Below, in pieces: positions 53,422-63,126 of a stretch of DNA of 64,000 bases. The notes below the pieces were generated by a model. It had not been told where the DNA came from and did no database searches. It worked only from the letters and a program-made list of their open reading frames with translations. Positions within the stretch are counted from its first letter, which is position 1; every line of letters starts with the position of its first letter. The DNA lies in assembly GCA_964514975.1 (NCBI GenBank), contig CAZESS010000002.1, positions 64,001 through 128,000 on the forward strand, written 5' to 3'. Origin of the DNA: an uncultured Thermoplasmatales archaeon (GTDB lineage: Archaea > Thermoplasmatota > E2 > UBA202 > DSCA01). The position numbers and the translations under genes were made by a program.

Positions 53422-54306
53422 ATGTGTCTGGCAACCTCGGTCGGTATGCTGCACCTGGACAACCCGTTGATACTTGCCTCGGGCATCGCCGACATGACCG
53501 CGGGGAGCATGGAGCGCTGCCGCGCCGCCGGAGCCGTGGTGACCAAGTCCGTCGGATTGGAGGAACGCCCCGGCTATGGCAACCCCTCGGTGGTTGAGCT
53601 CGAGCATGGCATCCTCAACGCGATGGGGCTGCCCAATCCCGGCGTCGATGGCTATCTGGCGGAGCTCGACTTGGCCGACGTCGACGTCCTGGTTGGCAGC
53701 GTTTTCGGTCGCACTGCCGACGAGTTCGTCGCGGTCGCGGAAAAAATGGCGCCACGGGTGGCGGCGCTCGAGCTCAACATGAGCTGTCCCCATGCCGGCG
53801 ACTATGGCGCCGGGGTGCCCACGGGCAGCATCGAGGGGCTGGTCGAATCTGTCAAGCAGGCTGTCAGCGTGCCCGTCTGGGTGAAGCTGGGCGCCGAAAA
53901 CGTGCTGGAGCGCGGCAGCGCGGCGGTGGCGGGCGGCGCCGATGCCGTTGTTGCCATCAACACGTTGAAGGCCATGGCCATCGACGTCGAGGTGGCGATG
54001 CCCGTGCTGGCCAACCGGACCGGCGGGATGTCCGGCCCGGCTATCAGGCCGGTCGGCATACGATGCGTCTATGAGCTCTCGTCGTCGCTCGATGTTCCCG
54101 TGGTGGGCGTCGGTGGTGTCAGGTCGGCGCGTGACGTCGTGGAGTACATGATGGCCGGCGCCGCGGCGGTGCAGATTGGCTCCGGGCTGCATTATGCTGG
54201 CGTCGCTGTCTTTGAGGACATCTGCCGTGACCTGCGACGCTGGCTGCAGGAGCACGGCTACGACCATGTTGACGACGTTGTCGGCCTGGCGCATACCGGC
54301 ATGTAA
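53422..54306 (+). CDS. pyrD: Dihydroorotate dehydrogenase (family 1)
   Basis: NAMGLPNPG, ELNMSCPH, INT, GGMSG, GVGG. Confidence 0.93.
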   Translation: MCLATSVGMLHLDNPLILASGIADMTAGSMERCRAAGAVVTKSVGLEERPGYGNPSVVELEHGILNAMGLPNPGVDGYLAELDLADVDVLVGSVFGRTADEFVAVAEKMAPRVAALELNMSCPHAGDYGAGVPTGSIEGLVESVKQAVSVPVWVKLGAENVLERGSAAVAGGADAVVAINTLKAMAIDVEVAMPVLANRTGGMSGPAIRPVGIRCVYELSSSLDVPVVGVGGVRSARDVVEYMMAGAAAVQIGSGLHYAGVAVFEDICRDLRRWLQEHGYDHVDDVVGLAHTGM

Positions 54307-54321
54307 CGGCCGGACTGCAGG

Positions 54322-54995
54322 CTAGAGCTCCCCGGTGATTTTTTCCGTCGTGGACATCCATATGTCGCCGAACACGTCCTCCCGCATCATCCGGTTGAGA
54401 AAATGTTGCGGGGGAACACATGCCTCCGGAGCCTGGACGCCCGGCGAGCTGATGTCGCCATCGGCTATCATCATGGCGCCCAGCGCCGCCGGGGTCGCGG
54501 TGCCCTCCCGCATGTGCGAGGTGCCGGCATAGCGGAAGTTTTTTGGCTCGCCATCCCGGGTGCCGGCGACCTCGACCATGACCGCGCCGCCCGACGGGAC
54601 ATCCTGGTGCTTTCTGAGCATGGCGCCGCCGAGCGAGGAAACATAGGCGGCCATGAAGTCCAGCGGGGCGATGTCGTGGCCCTTAACGTTTATGGGTGTC
54701 TCGGACAGCAATCCCAGGGATTCCGCCCGGAGGAGCGCCTCGCGGAACGTGGCGGGGAAAAACGTTCCCTTGCAGCAGGCGTTCCGGACGCCGGGAATGT
54801 AGCGGGGGATGGTCACCGTCTCGGGGTGCCCGAAGTAGTAGACGGGCGCCTGGCCGAAGGGCTCGGGGAAGGAAACGTATTGTTCGCCGTCGACGAGCCC
54901 TCGCTTCACGCTGCGCTGCCCGTTGCGGTAGACGGGTACCTCGCCGAGCCAGCAGTGGAGCATGTGGTAGGGAATGGCCGCCCCGGCCTGCTCGG
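54322..54995 (-). pseudogene. Saccharopine dehydrogenase-like oxidoreductase, 5'-truncated
   Basis: FPEPFG..GHPETVTIPR..T..PA..PGVQAPE C-terminal domain; no Rossmann N-domain. Confidence 0.7.
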
Positions 54996-54997
54996 CG

Positions 54998-56009
54998 ATG
55001 CCGCGGGTGCTGTATTCGCTGCTGATGAGCCTCGTTTTGAGCCCGCTGAACCTGCTTGAGCGGCTGCGATATGGCAGAGCCATCGAGACCATGCGGGTGG
55101 AAAAACCGCCTCTGTTCATCCTGGGGCACTGGCGGAGCGGCACCACGTTTCTGCACAACATCCTCGCGCAGGACAGCCAGTTCGGTTATCCCTCGACGTT
55201 TCAGACTGTTACCCCCCGGCCTGTTTTTGTGGTTTGAGGGCCTGGTGAAGCCGCTGGTGTCGTCCTCGCTGCCGGAGAAGCGGCCGGAGGACGATGTGGC
55301 GCTCGGCGCGGATCTGCCGCAGGAGGACGAGTATGCGATGGGGAACCTGTGCCCGTTTTCGTTTTACAATGGATGGTGTTTTCCCCGGAACATGGCCCGG
55401 TATCACCGCTATGTGTGCATGGATGACGTCCCCCGGCACATGGTGCAGGAATGGAAGCGTCGCTACCGATTGTTTCTGCGGAAGGTCACGCTGGCCTGCG
55501 ACGGACGGCGGCTTGTGGTAAAGAACCCGGCGAACACGGCGCGGATACGGCTGCTGCTGGACATGTACCCGGATGCGAAGTTTGTGCACATCCGGCGGAA
55601 CCCCTACCACGTGTTTTTTTCCATGAAGCGGAACATCATGACCGAGATGACGCTCTACTGTGTGCAGCAGCCGCCGGACTGGTCATCGCTGGAGCGGCAG
55701 ATGACCGCGCTGTACCGGCGTATGTATGAAAAATTTTTTGCGGAACGGCGGCTCATCCCCGACGGCAACCTCGTCGAGGTACGGTTCGAGGACCTGGTCG
55801 ACCGACCGCTTGCCGTGGTGGGGGACATCTATGACGGGCTCGGGCTTTCCGGGTATGCAGAGGCCAGGGACGCCTTTGCAGGGTATCTCGCCTCCCAGTC
55901 GAACCTGTCGCATCCCTACAGGGCCACCGAGGAGGTCAAACAGCACATCTATGCCGAGCTGCATGAGACCGTCGACCGGTGGGGCTACGACCTGCAGGTG
56001 GGGCAATAA
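54998..56009 (+). pseudogene. Sulfotransferase family protein (frameshift at C6 55212-55217; probably 5'-truncated)
   Basis: FILGHWRSGTTFLH, PQEDE, KNPANTARI, FVHIRRNP, RFEDL. Confidence 0.85.
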
Positions 56010-56037
56010 TTAAATAACGGGAGTCTATTGCCTGCCT

Positions 56038-56193
56038 ATGGCGAAGAAAAAGGGAAGCGGCTTTCAGTCCGCAGCCGGCCTGGTCCGCTATTTCGAGGAA
56101 GAAAAAACCGGGGTGAAGATCGACCCCCGGCTGGTCATTGCCATGGGCATCGGCACCGCCATCGTCATCACCGCGCTGCACATCTACGGCTAA
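56038..56193 (+). CDS. secG: Preprotein translocase Sec61beta (not in ORF track)
   Basis: MAKKKGSGFQSAAGLVRYFEEE..KIDP + TM helix. Confidence 0.92.
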   Translation: MAKKKGSGFQSAAGLVRYFEEEKTGVKIDPRLVIAMGIGTAIVITALHIYG

Positions 56194-56233
56194 GCCGGGC
56201 AAACGTTTTTTACCATCTGCCGCTTTTTGAGCT

Positions 56234-57049
56234 ATGCACATCATCGACGGGAGAGCTATCGCCGCCAAGATAGAGGCCGAGGTTCGCGAGCAGGCCGAGG
56301 GAGAGGACATCTATGTCGCCACGGTGTTGATGGAGGGCAGCGAGGAGTCAGCGCTGTACGCACGGCTGAAGGAGCAGGCCTGCGGCCGGGTGGACATCGC
56401 CGCGGAGACGGTATCGTTTCCCCGCAGCGCCTCTATGGAGGATCTCGTGGCCGCCGTCGAGGAGCTCAACGACGACGACATGGTGGACGGGGTGATGGTG
56501 CAGCTGCCATTGCCGGGCATCGACCATCGTGCGCTTGTGGACCATATCGACCCCGGAAAAGACGTTGAGGGGGTGCATCCCTGCAATCTCGGTGCAACGC
56601 AGCTCGGCGACGAACGGCTGGCGCCCTGCACGCCCCGGGCCGTGTTCCGCATCCTCGAGCATGAAAATATTGTGTTGCAGGGAAAAAACGTGGTGGTGGT
56701 CAACCATAGCGACATCGTGGGGAAGCCGCTGGCGGACATGCTGCTGAACCGCAACGCGACGGTGTCGGTCTGCCATGTGTACACCGACAGCCTTGCTACC
56801 TATACCCGCCGGGCTGACATTGTTGTCACCGGCGCCGGCGTCCGCAGGCTGATATCCGGGGGCATGGTCATGGAGGGCGCCGTCCTGGTCGACGTGGCCA
56901 TCATCAGCGACGACGGGGACGTCCACGGCGACGTGAACCTTGCCTCCGTGAAGGACATGGGGGGCATGGTGACCCCGGTGCCCGGCGGCGTGGGCCCGGT
57001 GACCATCGCCTGCATGCTCGAAAACGCGGTGCGGGCGAGCAAACATTGA
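56234..57049 (+). CDS. folD: Methylene-THF dehydrogenase/cyclohydrolase
   Basis: QLPLP, KDVEG, PCTP, VGKPL, TPVPGGVGP. Confidence 0.94.
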   Translation: MHIIDGRAIAAKIEAEVREQAEGEDIYVATVLMEGSEESALYARLKEQACGRVDIAAETVSFPRSASMEDLVAAVEELNDDDMVDGVMVQLPLPGIDHRALVDHIDPGKDVEGVHPCNLGATQLGDERLAPCTPRAVFRILEHENIVLQGKNVVVVNHSDIVGKPLADMLLNRNATVSVCHVYTDSLATYTRRADIVVTGAGVRRLISGGMVMEGAVLVDVAIISDDGDVHGDVNLASVKDMGGMVTPVPGGVGPVTIACMLENAVRASKH

Positions 57050-57067
57050 TAAACGGGGGGCTTTTGC

Positions 57068-57752
57068 ATGCCCATGGACAACCGGCGGGTCTACTATTCA
57101 TTTCATGACATTCCATCGGGCGGACCGTCGATGCAGCGGCAGCGTCGCGGCATCAGCTTTAGCCGGACGGAGCTGCTGCACATCGGCATCGCGATGGCCG
57201 TGCTGACCGTCGCATTCGCGTTCGCATTTGTCCCGGCATCGCCGCCCCTTTCGGAGCCGATGGCGGCGCTGGAAAACCTCCCCCTGTCGTTCCTGGCGAT
57301 CGCGACGGCGTTTTTTTTGCCATGAGCTCGCGCACAAGTATATGGGGCAGCGCTATGGATACTGGTCCGAGTTCCGGATGTATCCCCAGGGCTTGCTGTT
57401 CGCGCTTTTGCTGGGCGTCGCCGTCGGCCTGGTGTTCGCTGCGCCCGGCGCCGTGCAGATTTTTGGTCGCCCAAGCCGGGAGGAAAGCGGGCGTATCTCG
57501 GCGGCCGGCCCGGCAACCAACGTGGCAATAGGGCTGGCGTTCCTGCTGCTCTGGACGGTGACGGGCGGCCTGGTCGGAGCGGCGGCGCTGTTCATCGCTG
57601 CCATCAACGCCTTCCTGGCGTTTTTCAACCTGCTCCCGTTCGGGCCGATGGACGGCCGGAAAATCTTCCGGTGGCGGAAGGATGTCTGGGGCGGCCTGCT
57701 CGCGGGGAGCATCGCGCTGTTCGGGGTGTCCTGGTTCGGCATACCGTTTTAG
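57068..57752 (+). pseudogene. Site-2 protease (M50) family, frameshifted at T8 57311-57318
   Basis: HELAH, AAPGAV, AAGP, FNLLPFGPMDG. Confidence 0.85.
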
Positions 57753-58444
57753 GGATGCCGCCGGTCGAACACCCGGATTTTGCGCCTGACCCACTGGATG
57801 GCGAACAGGGAGAACAGCAGGGCGAAGACCACGCCGACCGCTATCCCGGCTATCTGGAACGAGGCCATGAAGTTGTATGCCCCGTGCACGACGATCGCCA
57901 GGCCGAAATAGGGGAGCACGCTGCCGTCCTGGTGGAGCAGCGAGCGCCCGTACCCGTAGCCGGTGAGCGCGGTCGCCGAGGCATGGAGCAGACAGGCGCC
58001 GACGGTGCGGAGGACGACCAGCGTGACAAATATGGCCAGGCCCTCGTCCATGAAGCTGATCTCGTAGAACAGGTTCTCGGTCGCCGAGAAGCCCAGGCCC
58101 GCCGCAGCTCCATAAATCAGGCCGTCCTCGATTTCGTCGAGCTCCCGGCGAACGGTGCCGATGTTGAGGGCGAGCGGCTTGGTGAACTCCTCGACCACGG
58201 GCGCCACGATCACGGCCATCGCAAATGTATACAGCGAGGCGCTGCCCAGCGATGCCAGGGACACGCCGACGATATTTTCAAGGAACAATGACGCGACGAC
58301 GGCGATGGTCGCCCCCCAGATGAAGCACACCATGACGGGAAGCCAGGGCTCCCGATGGTAGCGCTCGGTGTTCCGTATCCATATGGTATACGCCAGTGGG
58401 GGGAGAAACGCGAGGAGGACGAGGATGAGCCACTGCAGCGCCAT
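57749..58444 (-). CDS. PrsW-family intramembrane protease
   Basis: EPW, APVVEEFTK, GLGFSATEN, LHA, HGAYN. Confidence 0.92.
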   Translation of the reverse strand: MALQWLILVLLAFLPPLAYTIWIRNTERYHREPWLPVMVCFIWGATIAVVASLFLENIVGVSLASLGSASLYTFAMAVIVAPVVEEFTKPLALNIGTVRRELDEIEDGLIYGAAAGLGFSATENLFYEISFMDEGLAIFVTLVVLRTVGACLLHASATALTGYGYGRSLLHQDGSVLPYFGLAIVVHGAYNFMASFQIAGIAVGVVFALLFSLFAIQWVRRKIRVFDRRHP

Positions 58445-58547
58445 GATAGGGTATGGCGCTGGCATTATATATGTCATATGCCATGTGGCGTTCACTGCCA
58501 GGTGAACGTTTTCGAAATGGCGTTAAATACATGTCGCTTTCGGGGCA

Positions 58548-59066
58548 ATGAGCCGAAAAATATTGACGGTTGTTGTCGCCGTCATTGGCCTGGTCGCGGT
58601 CGGCGCCGTTACGCTGGTCGCAATGGATTTCGACAACACGGACGACACGGTGGACCTGACCGGTAATGCAAATGGAACGTTTTACATCAACGACTGCGGA
58701 CGCCCCAAGGGCGGCTTCGAATATGCGGGCACCTACTACGCCAACCTATCGCTCGAAGAGGGCACGGGAACGCTGGAGATAGCACTGAAGATCGGCCTGG
58801 GCGACCCGCTGGACCGGCATCTGTGGAACGTGACGCTGCTGGAGTATTCCAACGGGACAATGCGGCTGTACATGGACGGCCACCGGCTGGAGATGAGGTG
58901 GGTGGACAACGACACCATCTGGAACGGACAGTATGACGGCAACTACACGGCGCTCTGGGGGCCCTGGATGGAGGAGTATGAGCCGGTCGGCCACATCAGG
59001 ACGGACTGGTTCCCGGGTACCGTGTCGCACTACTATGTCGAGCTGCGGCTGCCGCGGCTCGCGTAG
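58548..59066 (+). CDS. Hypothetical secreted protein
   Basis: N-terminal TM/signal; several N-x-S/T sequons. Confidence 0.7.
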   Translation: MSRKILTVVVAVIGLVAVGAVTLVAMDFDNTDDTVDLTGNANGTFYINDCGRPKGGFEYAGTYYANLSLEEGTGTLEIALKIGLGDPLDRHLWNVTLLEYSNGTMRLYMDGHRLEMRWVDNDTIWNGQYDGNYTALWGPWMEEYEPVGHIRTDWFPGTVSHYYVELRLPRLA

Positions 59067-59133
59067 CCCCTTTTTCCCTTTTTTTCTTTTTTTGTTCGAA
59101 ACATTTAACTGTCCGTCCGGCCATGTACCGGGG

Positions 59134-59688
59134 ATGATATCGCGGGAGGCAGCATTGGAGATGCTCCGGAGTCATGTCGAGCCGGGAAACCTGCGGAAGC
59201 ACATGTATGCGGTGGCGGCTATCATGGAGGCGCTCGCCGGCCGGCTGGACTGTGACCCCGATGTGTGGTGGCTGACCGGACTGCTGCACGACATCGATTA
59301 CGGAGAGACCAGGGACAGGCCGGAGCTGCACGGAACGCGCTCGGCGGAGATGCTGGCGGATATGCTGCCCGGTCATGCGCTGCGGGCGATCAGGGCGCAC
59401 AACTGGCGTCATACGGGCATCGAGCCTGCCTCGCCACTGGACTATGGGCTGATTGCAAGCGATGCGCTGTCGGGGCTGATCGTGGCGACGGCGCTGGTGA
59501 TGCCGAACGGGACGCTGGGAGAGGTCCGGCCGGGGTCGGTGCTGAAAAAAATCGATGACGGGTCGTTCGCCAGCAGTATCGACCGGGGGAGGATACGGCA
59601 GTGTACCATGCTGAACATGGGGGCGCGGGAGTTTGTTGATATAGCGCTGCCGGCGCTCCAGGATGTTCATGACAGGCTGGGATTATAA
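59134..59688 (+). CDS. HD-domain (HDIG-type) protein
   Basis: KHM, GLLHDID, HG, AH, DALSGLI. Confidence 0.88.
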   Translation: MISREAALEMLRSHVEPGNLRKHMYAVAAIMEALAGRLDCDPDVWWLTGLLHDIDYGETRDRPELHGTRSAEMLADMLPGHALRAIRAHNWRHTGIEPASPLDYGLIASDALSGLIVATALVMPNGTLGEVRPGSVLKKIDDGSFASSIDRGRIRQCTMLNMGAREFVDIALPALQDVHDRLGL

Positions 59689-59756
59689 CCCGGGGTATAG
59701 CGGATGTAAACTACATTGGACAAAATAATTTATAAAACTGTTGGTGTTGCAGGATG

Positions 59757-59810
59757 TGGGGCCGGGTAGAGAGATTTTTGCCTTCCTCTCTATCCACGCC
59801 CTTTTATTTT
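59757..59810 (+). ncRNA. Candidate small hairpin RNA
   Basis: TTTATAAAA at 59729-59737; 10-bp stem 59764-59773/59786-59795; TTTTATTTT at 59802-59810. Confidence 0.35.
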
Positions 59811-60104
59811 GTTGTGCCGGACGCCCACGTCTATATGGTCACGGCGAACACGAAAGCGACCACGAAGCCCCCTATCGTCCCGTTTACCACATCCCATGTC
59901 AAAAAACCGGGGGATGACTTTCACACCGGTCAGGAGGAGACCATAGGACAGCGTGACCTCCCGGATGCACGTATGCATAGACAAAGGCGAAAAGGATGCA
60001 CTGGATAAGGATGCTGAAAAACAGACCATCCTGCCATTGCTGAACGGCTTACGGACACCATGCTTATATACGCCGCGGTGGTTAAATGCTATAGGGAGGT
60101 ACCT

Positions 60105-60509
60105 ATGCGTCCCGTGCAATATAACGAGAAACACAAGAACGTCCTCGACTCGTTTTTGCTGGAAAACCCACGGGTAACGCCGGGCACGATGTACGGCCAT
60201 CCCGCATACTACGTCAACGGGAAGCTGTTTGCCTCGCTCCACAGGGACGGCGTCTGCATCAAGGTGCCCACGGCGCTGAAAGAGGTACTGCTCAAACATG
60301 ACGGGATCGTTCCCTTCGAGCCCATGGGCAGAACCATGCGGGAATGGGTGCTGATAAACAGGGAGCGATCGAAGGACTACCGCGACGACATGGACATTTT
60401 CACCGCGTCGATCGAATACGTCGGATTGCTCGCGGACAAAAAAGGCTGGCCGGCAGCAGGATGGCTAAAAAATGTCGACCTGGTCGGGGAGCAGCCCCTT
60501 CCGGCTTAA
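60105..60509 (+). CDS. TfoX/YjbR-like protein
   Basis: MYGHPAYYVNGKLFA..FEPMGRTMREWV. Confidence 0.7.
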   Translation: MRPVQYNEKHKNVLDSFLLENPRVTPGTMYGHPAYYVNGKLFASLHRDGVCIKVPTALKEVLLKHDGIVPFEPMGRTMREWVLINRERSKDYRDDMDIFTASIEYVGLLADKKGWPAAGWLKNVDLVGEQPLPA

Positions 60510-60791
60510 AAACCGGGCCTGGTTTTCCCAGTACCGCCAGATGATATCGGCTTTTTCCTCCGGCTGGATGTTCCAGGGAACGATGATGACGAGGTCGCCG
60601 CGGCGGATGCGCCCCATACCCCGGCGCTTGCTGCCCGGGATCCTGGCGATACGCACGGTGCCGTCCTCGCCGACGACCTTCATCCGGGAGCCCTTGTACA
60701 CTGACTCGATGATAGCGTACATCTCGTTGTTGCTCCTGTCCGGACGCCGGACGCGTATGTATTCATCCTCCTTGTCATTGTTCTTGCTCAT
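60465..60791 (-). CDS. eif1a: Translation initiation factor aIF1A
   Basis: DG..RIARIPG..IRRGDLVIIVPW..KADIIWRY. Confidence 0.93.
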   Translation of the reverse strand: MSKNNDKEDEYIRVRRPDRSNNEMYAIIESVYKGSRMKVVGEDGTVRIARIPGSKRRGMGRIRRGDLVIIVPWNIQPEEKADIIWRYWENQARFLSRKGLLPDQVDIF

Positions 60792-60908
60792 GGTATCGAC
60801 GGCGGATACCTAACGGAGCTCCAATTAAAAGGTTATTGGTCTCGCATAGGAAGGGAGGCTCAGGGAATGGCAGCACAATGGTTTTATATTACTACTACTA
60901 TTACTACT

Positions 60909-61559
60909 ATGAATTGTCCGTATTGTGGCTACACATGGACACCTCGGACGGAGCAGCCGAAGGCATGTCCCCGGTGCAAGCGACGGCTGGACTACCCTGA
61001 AAGCAAGGGAAAAGAAGACCCATTGAAGCGGGCACGAGAGATGGAGCCAGGATTCCAGAGGATGCTCCACGTGATGTCGGTGCTGACCCCACAGCTTGAA
61101 GAACACGAGGTCATGCCAGTGGTCATCGGCGGGGCAGCCGTGGAGTTTTACACCCGTAACTGGTATGCCACCGGCGACATCGACCTGGCGATCAACAAGG
61201 ACAAACGAGATATATTTTACAGCGTGATGGAGAATGCAGGATTCAGCAAAACCGGCCGGATGTGGGTACGGGAGGACCTCGGGCTCTACATGGAAATACC
61301 GGGGGACCTGTATGACATCGACACGGAGAAGGTAACGCGTGTTGAAACCAATGCAGGCTACGCCTATGTCGTCGGTCTGGAAGACATCGTTTTCGACCGG
61401 ATACAGGCAGCCAAGCACTGGCAGAGCAAGAGCGACCACGAACAGGCAGTACGAATAGCGTCGCTCTACTACGACGACATCGACTGGGCATATGTCAGAA
61501 AAAAATGCAGCGCTGAGAGCTCGGAGGACGTGCTCGACCAGGTTTTGCAGGAGGCATAG
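60909..61559 (+). CDS. Zn-ribbon + nucleotidyltransferase (DUF6036/AbiEii-like) protein
   Basis: CPYCGYTW..PKACPRCK; VIGGAAV..TGDIDL; LEDIVFDR. Confidence 0.8.
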   Translation: MNCPYCGYTWTPRTEQPKACPRCKRRLDYPESKGKEDPLKRAREMEPGFQRMLHVMSVLTPQLEEHEVMPVVIGGAAVEFYTRNWYATGDIDLAINKDKRDIFYSVMENAGFSKTGRMWVREDLGLYMEIPGDLYDIDTEKVTRVETNAGYAYVVGLEDIVFDRIQAAKHWQSKSDHEQAVRIASLYYDDIDWAYVRKKCSAESSEDVLDQVLQEA

Positions 61560-61560
61560 C

Positions 61561-61767
61561 ATGAGGGAGATGCAACTCGATGAAACCCGGGGACGCATCC
61601 GTGGCCCTAAACATGAGCGGGCGGTTCGTCGGCGGCCGACGCCGCGATGGAAGATCCGTGACTCCATCCAGTATATCAGGATGCGTGACCGCTATCTCCA
61701 GGAGCAGGGCATCCTGGTGAAGGTCGGTCCGCGGCGGTATCATCTCAACCCGGAGATAAAACGGTGA
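61561..61767 (+). CDS. Small basic protein, cotranscribed with the NTase gene
   Basis: Starts 1 nt after the upstream stop; GGAGG SD. Confidence 0.6.
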   Translation: MREMQLDETRGRIRGPKHERAVRRRPTPRWKIRDSIQYIRMRDRYLQEQGILVKVGPRRYHLNPEIKR

Positions 61768-61985
61768 CCGCCCACCCAGCGTTTCAGTCTATTGAAATAG
61801 TTTCACCGGACGATGAAACCAGGTCAGGCGTCTCGACGACGTTAAGGCATGTACATTGACATTGCTGAACATGAGAGATTTATTTGAGTAACTACAATGA
61901 ACGTCTCCCTGGTCTCCTGGCCTGGGCGGACGGAAGGCTTAAAAACAGGGCAGGTGCCCCCGGTATCCGTTTATACACCGTGAGC

Positions 61986-62084
61986 ATGATGCATGGCATG
62001 GTCTGCGACCGGTGCGGCTACACCTCGAGCAAGATAGCATGGCGCTGCCCCCGCTGCGGGCGATGCCTCCGGTGTACGGGATAG
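61986..62084 (+). CDS. Zinc-finger micro-protein
   Basis: CDRCG..WRCPRCGRC..C; TTTATAC upstream. Confidence 0.5.
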   Translation: MMHGMVCDRCGYTSSKIAWRCPRCGRCLRCTG

Positions 62085-62157
62085 ATGGAAACACATGTAA
62101 CCCGGGGATATCCTTTATATTGGACGTGTTTATTTGGATATGCCATGGAGTGATAGG

Positions 62158-62922
62158 ATGACAGACTGGCCGCCGGGGAAAAAGATTTTGTTCGCGGTGC
62201 TGCTCGCCCTGTGCACGGCCGCGGTGCCGGTCATCATATGGTCCGGCGTCCCCCTGCTGTTGCTGCTCATCCTGGCCAGCGTAGCCGGCGGCCTTGTTGT
62301 CTGGTGGACCGCCGGAAAGCTCACCCCTTTTTTGATGACCATGTATCTCCGGCTGCACGAGCGGATGGCCGGGGCAGCAGATGTTTCCCGGGAGATAGCA
62401 CTGGTCGACAGCACCGACGGCAACGACGAACGCTGGAACGCGCTGTACCGTTCGCTCCGGCTGTCCCTGTTTCCCACGGGTATCGCGCTGTCCCTGATCG
62501 GCTACGTTTTGCGGGACATCGGCAGCCTGGGCAGCCGTGACGTGTTCCTCGTGCTCTACCTCGCACCGGTCATCGTGGTGTTCATGGTGCCCCTGTGGAT
62601 CGTCCGGGACAGCCCCCTGTTTTACCATTACCCCGGCACGCGGGAGGTCATCTCGATGGGACGGCAGCTCGGCATCCGGCTGAAATCGGTCGGCGGCGTC
62701 ACCGCGCTGGGCCTGTTCCTGTTCACCCTGTACACGGTCACGGGAAGCCTCCAGGATGCGGCGGTCAAGTTTGTGGTGTTTTTTTCGCATATCTATCCCG
62801 CCCTGGTGCTGACCTCCTCTGTCTACCATGCCCGCTGGCACCAAGAGTTTGTAAAAAGGACAGCCCGGGCGGCAGTGGAGGAGGGAAAACGGGAGCATCG
62901 TGTCCGGCTGGAGGAACGGTGA
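62158..62922 (+). CDS. Hypothetical membrane protein
   Basis: About 6 TM helices (start approximate). Confidence 0.65.
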   Translation: MTDWPPGKKILFAVLLALCTAAVPVIIWSGVPLLLLLILASVAGGLVVWWTAGKLTPFLMTMYLRLHERMAGAADVSREIALVDSTDGNDERWNALYRSLRLSLFPTGIALSLIGYVLRDIGSLGSRDVFLVLYLAPVIVVFMVPLWIVRDSPLFYHYPGTREVISMGRQLGIRLKSVGGVTALGLFLFTLYTVTGSLQDAAVKFVVFFSHIYPALVLTSSVYHARWHQEFVKRTARAAVEEGKREHRVRLEER

Positions 62923-62937
62923 ACCCCGGCTGCGGTG

Positions 62938-63120
62938 CTACAACATATCAAAAAACATGTCGTCAAACGCGGGCGACAGGACACCGGCAGCCGCTTTGTC
63001 CAAAAAGGCCGGGCAGTCCACCTCGACCATTGGATCTTCTATCTCCTCGCCATAGCTCACCCCGGACGGCTCCGTACAGGCAACGCCGTCAAAATACAGG
63101 CAGAAGAAACAGGAGGGCAT
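62938..63120 (-). CDS. Small acidic Cys-containing protein
   Basis: CFFC-x7-C..C; starts 6 nt after the radical SAM stop. Confidence 0.45.
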   Translation of the reverse strand: MPSCFFCLYFDGVACTEPSGVSYGEEIEDPMVEVDCPAFLDKAAAGVLSPAFDDMFFDML

Positions 63121-63126
63121 ACAAAA

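Noticed and set aside
60465-60509. 45-nt convergent overlap of the TfoX-like gene and aIF1A
   Set aside because: Probably an incidental stop-codon run-on; no evidence of function
61782-61820. GTTTCAG..TTGAAA and GTTTCAC..TGAAAC palindromes resembling CRISPR repeat ends
   Set aside because: Too short, not identical, no spacer-length periodicity, no cas genes
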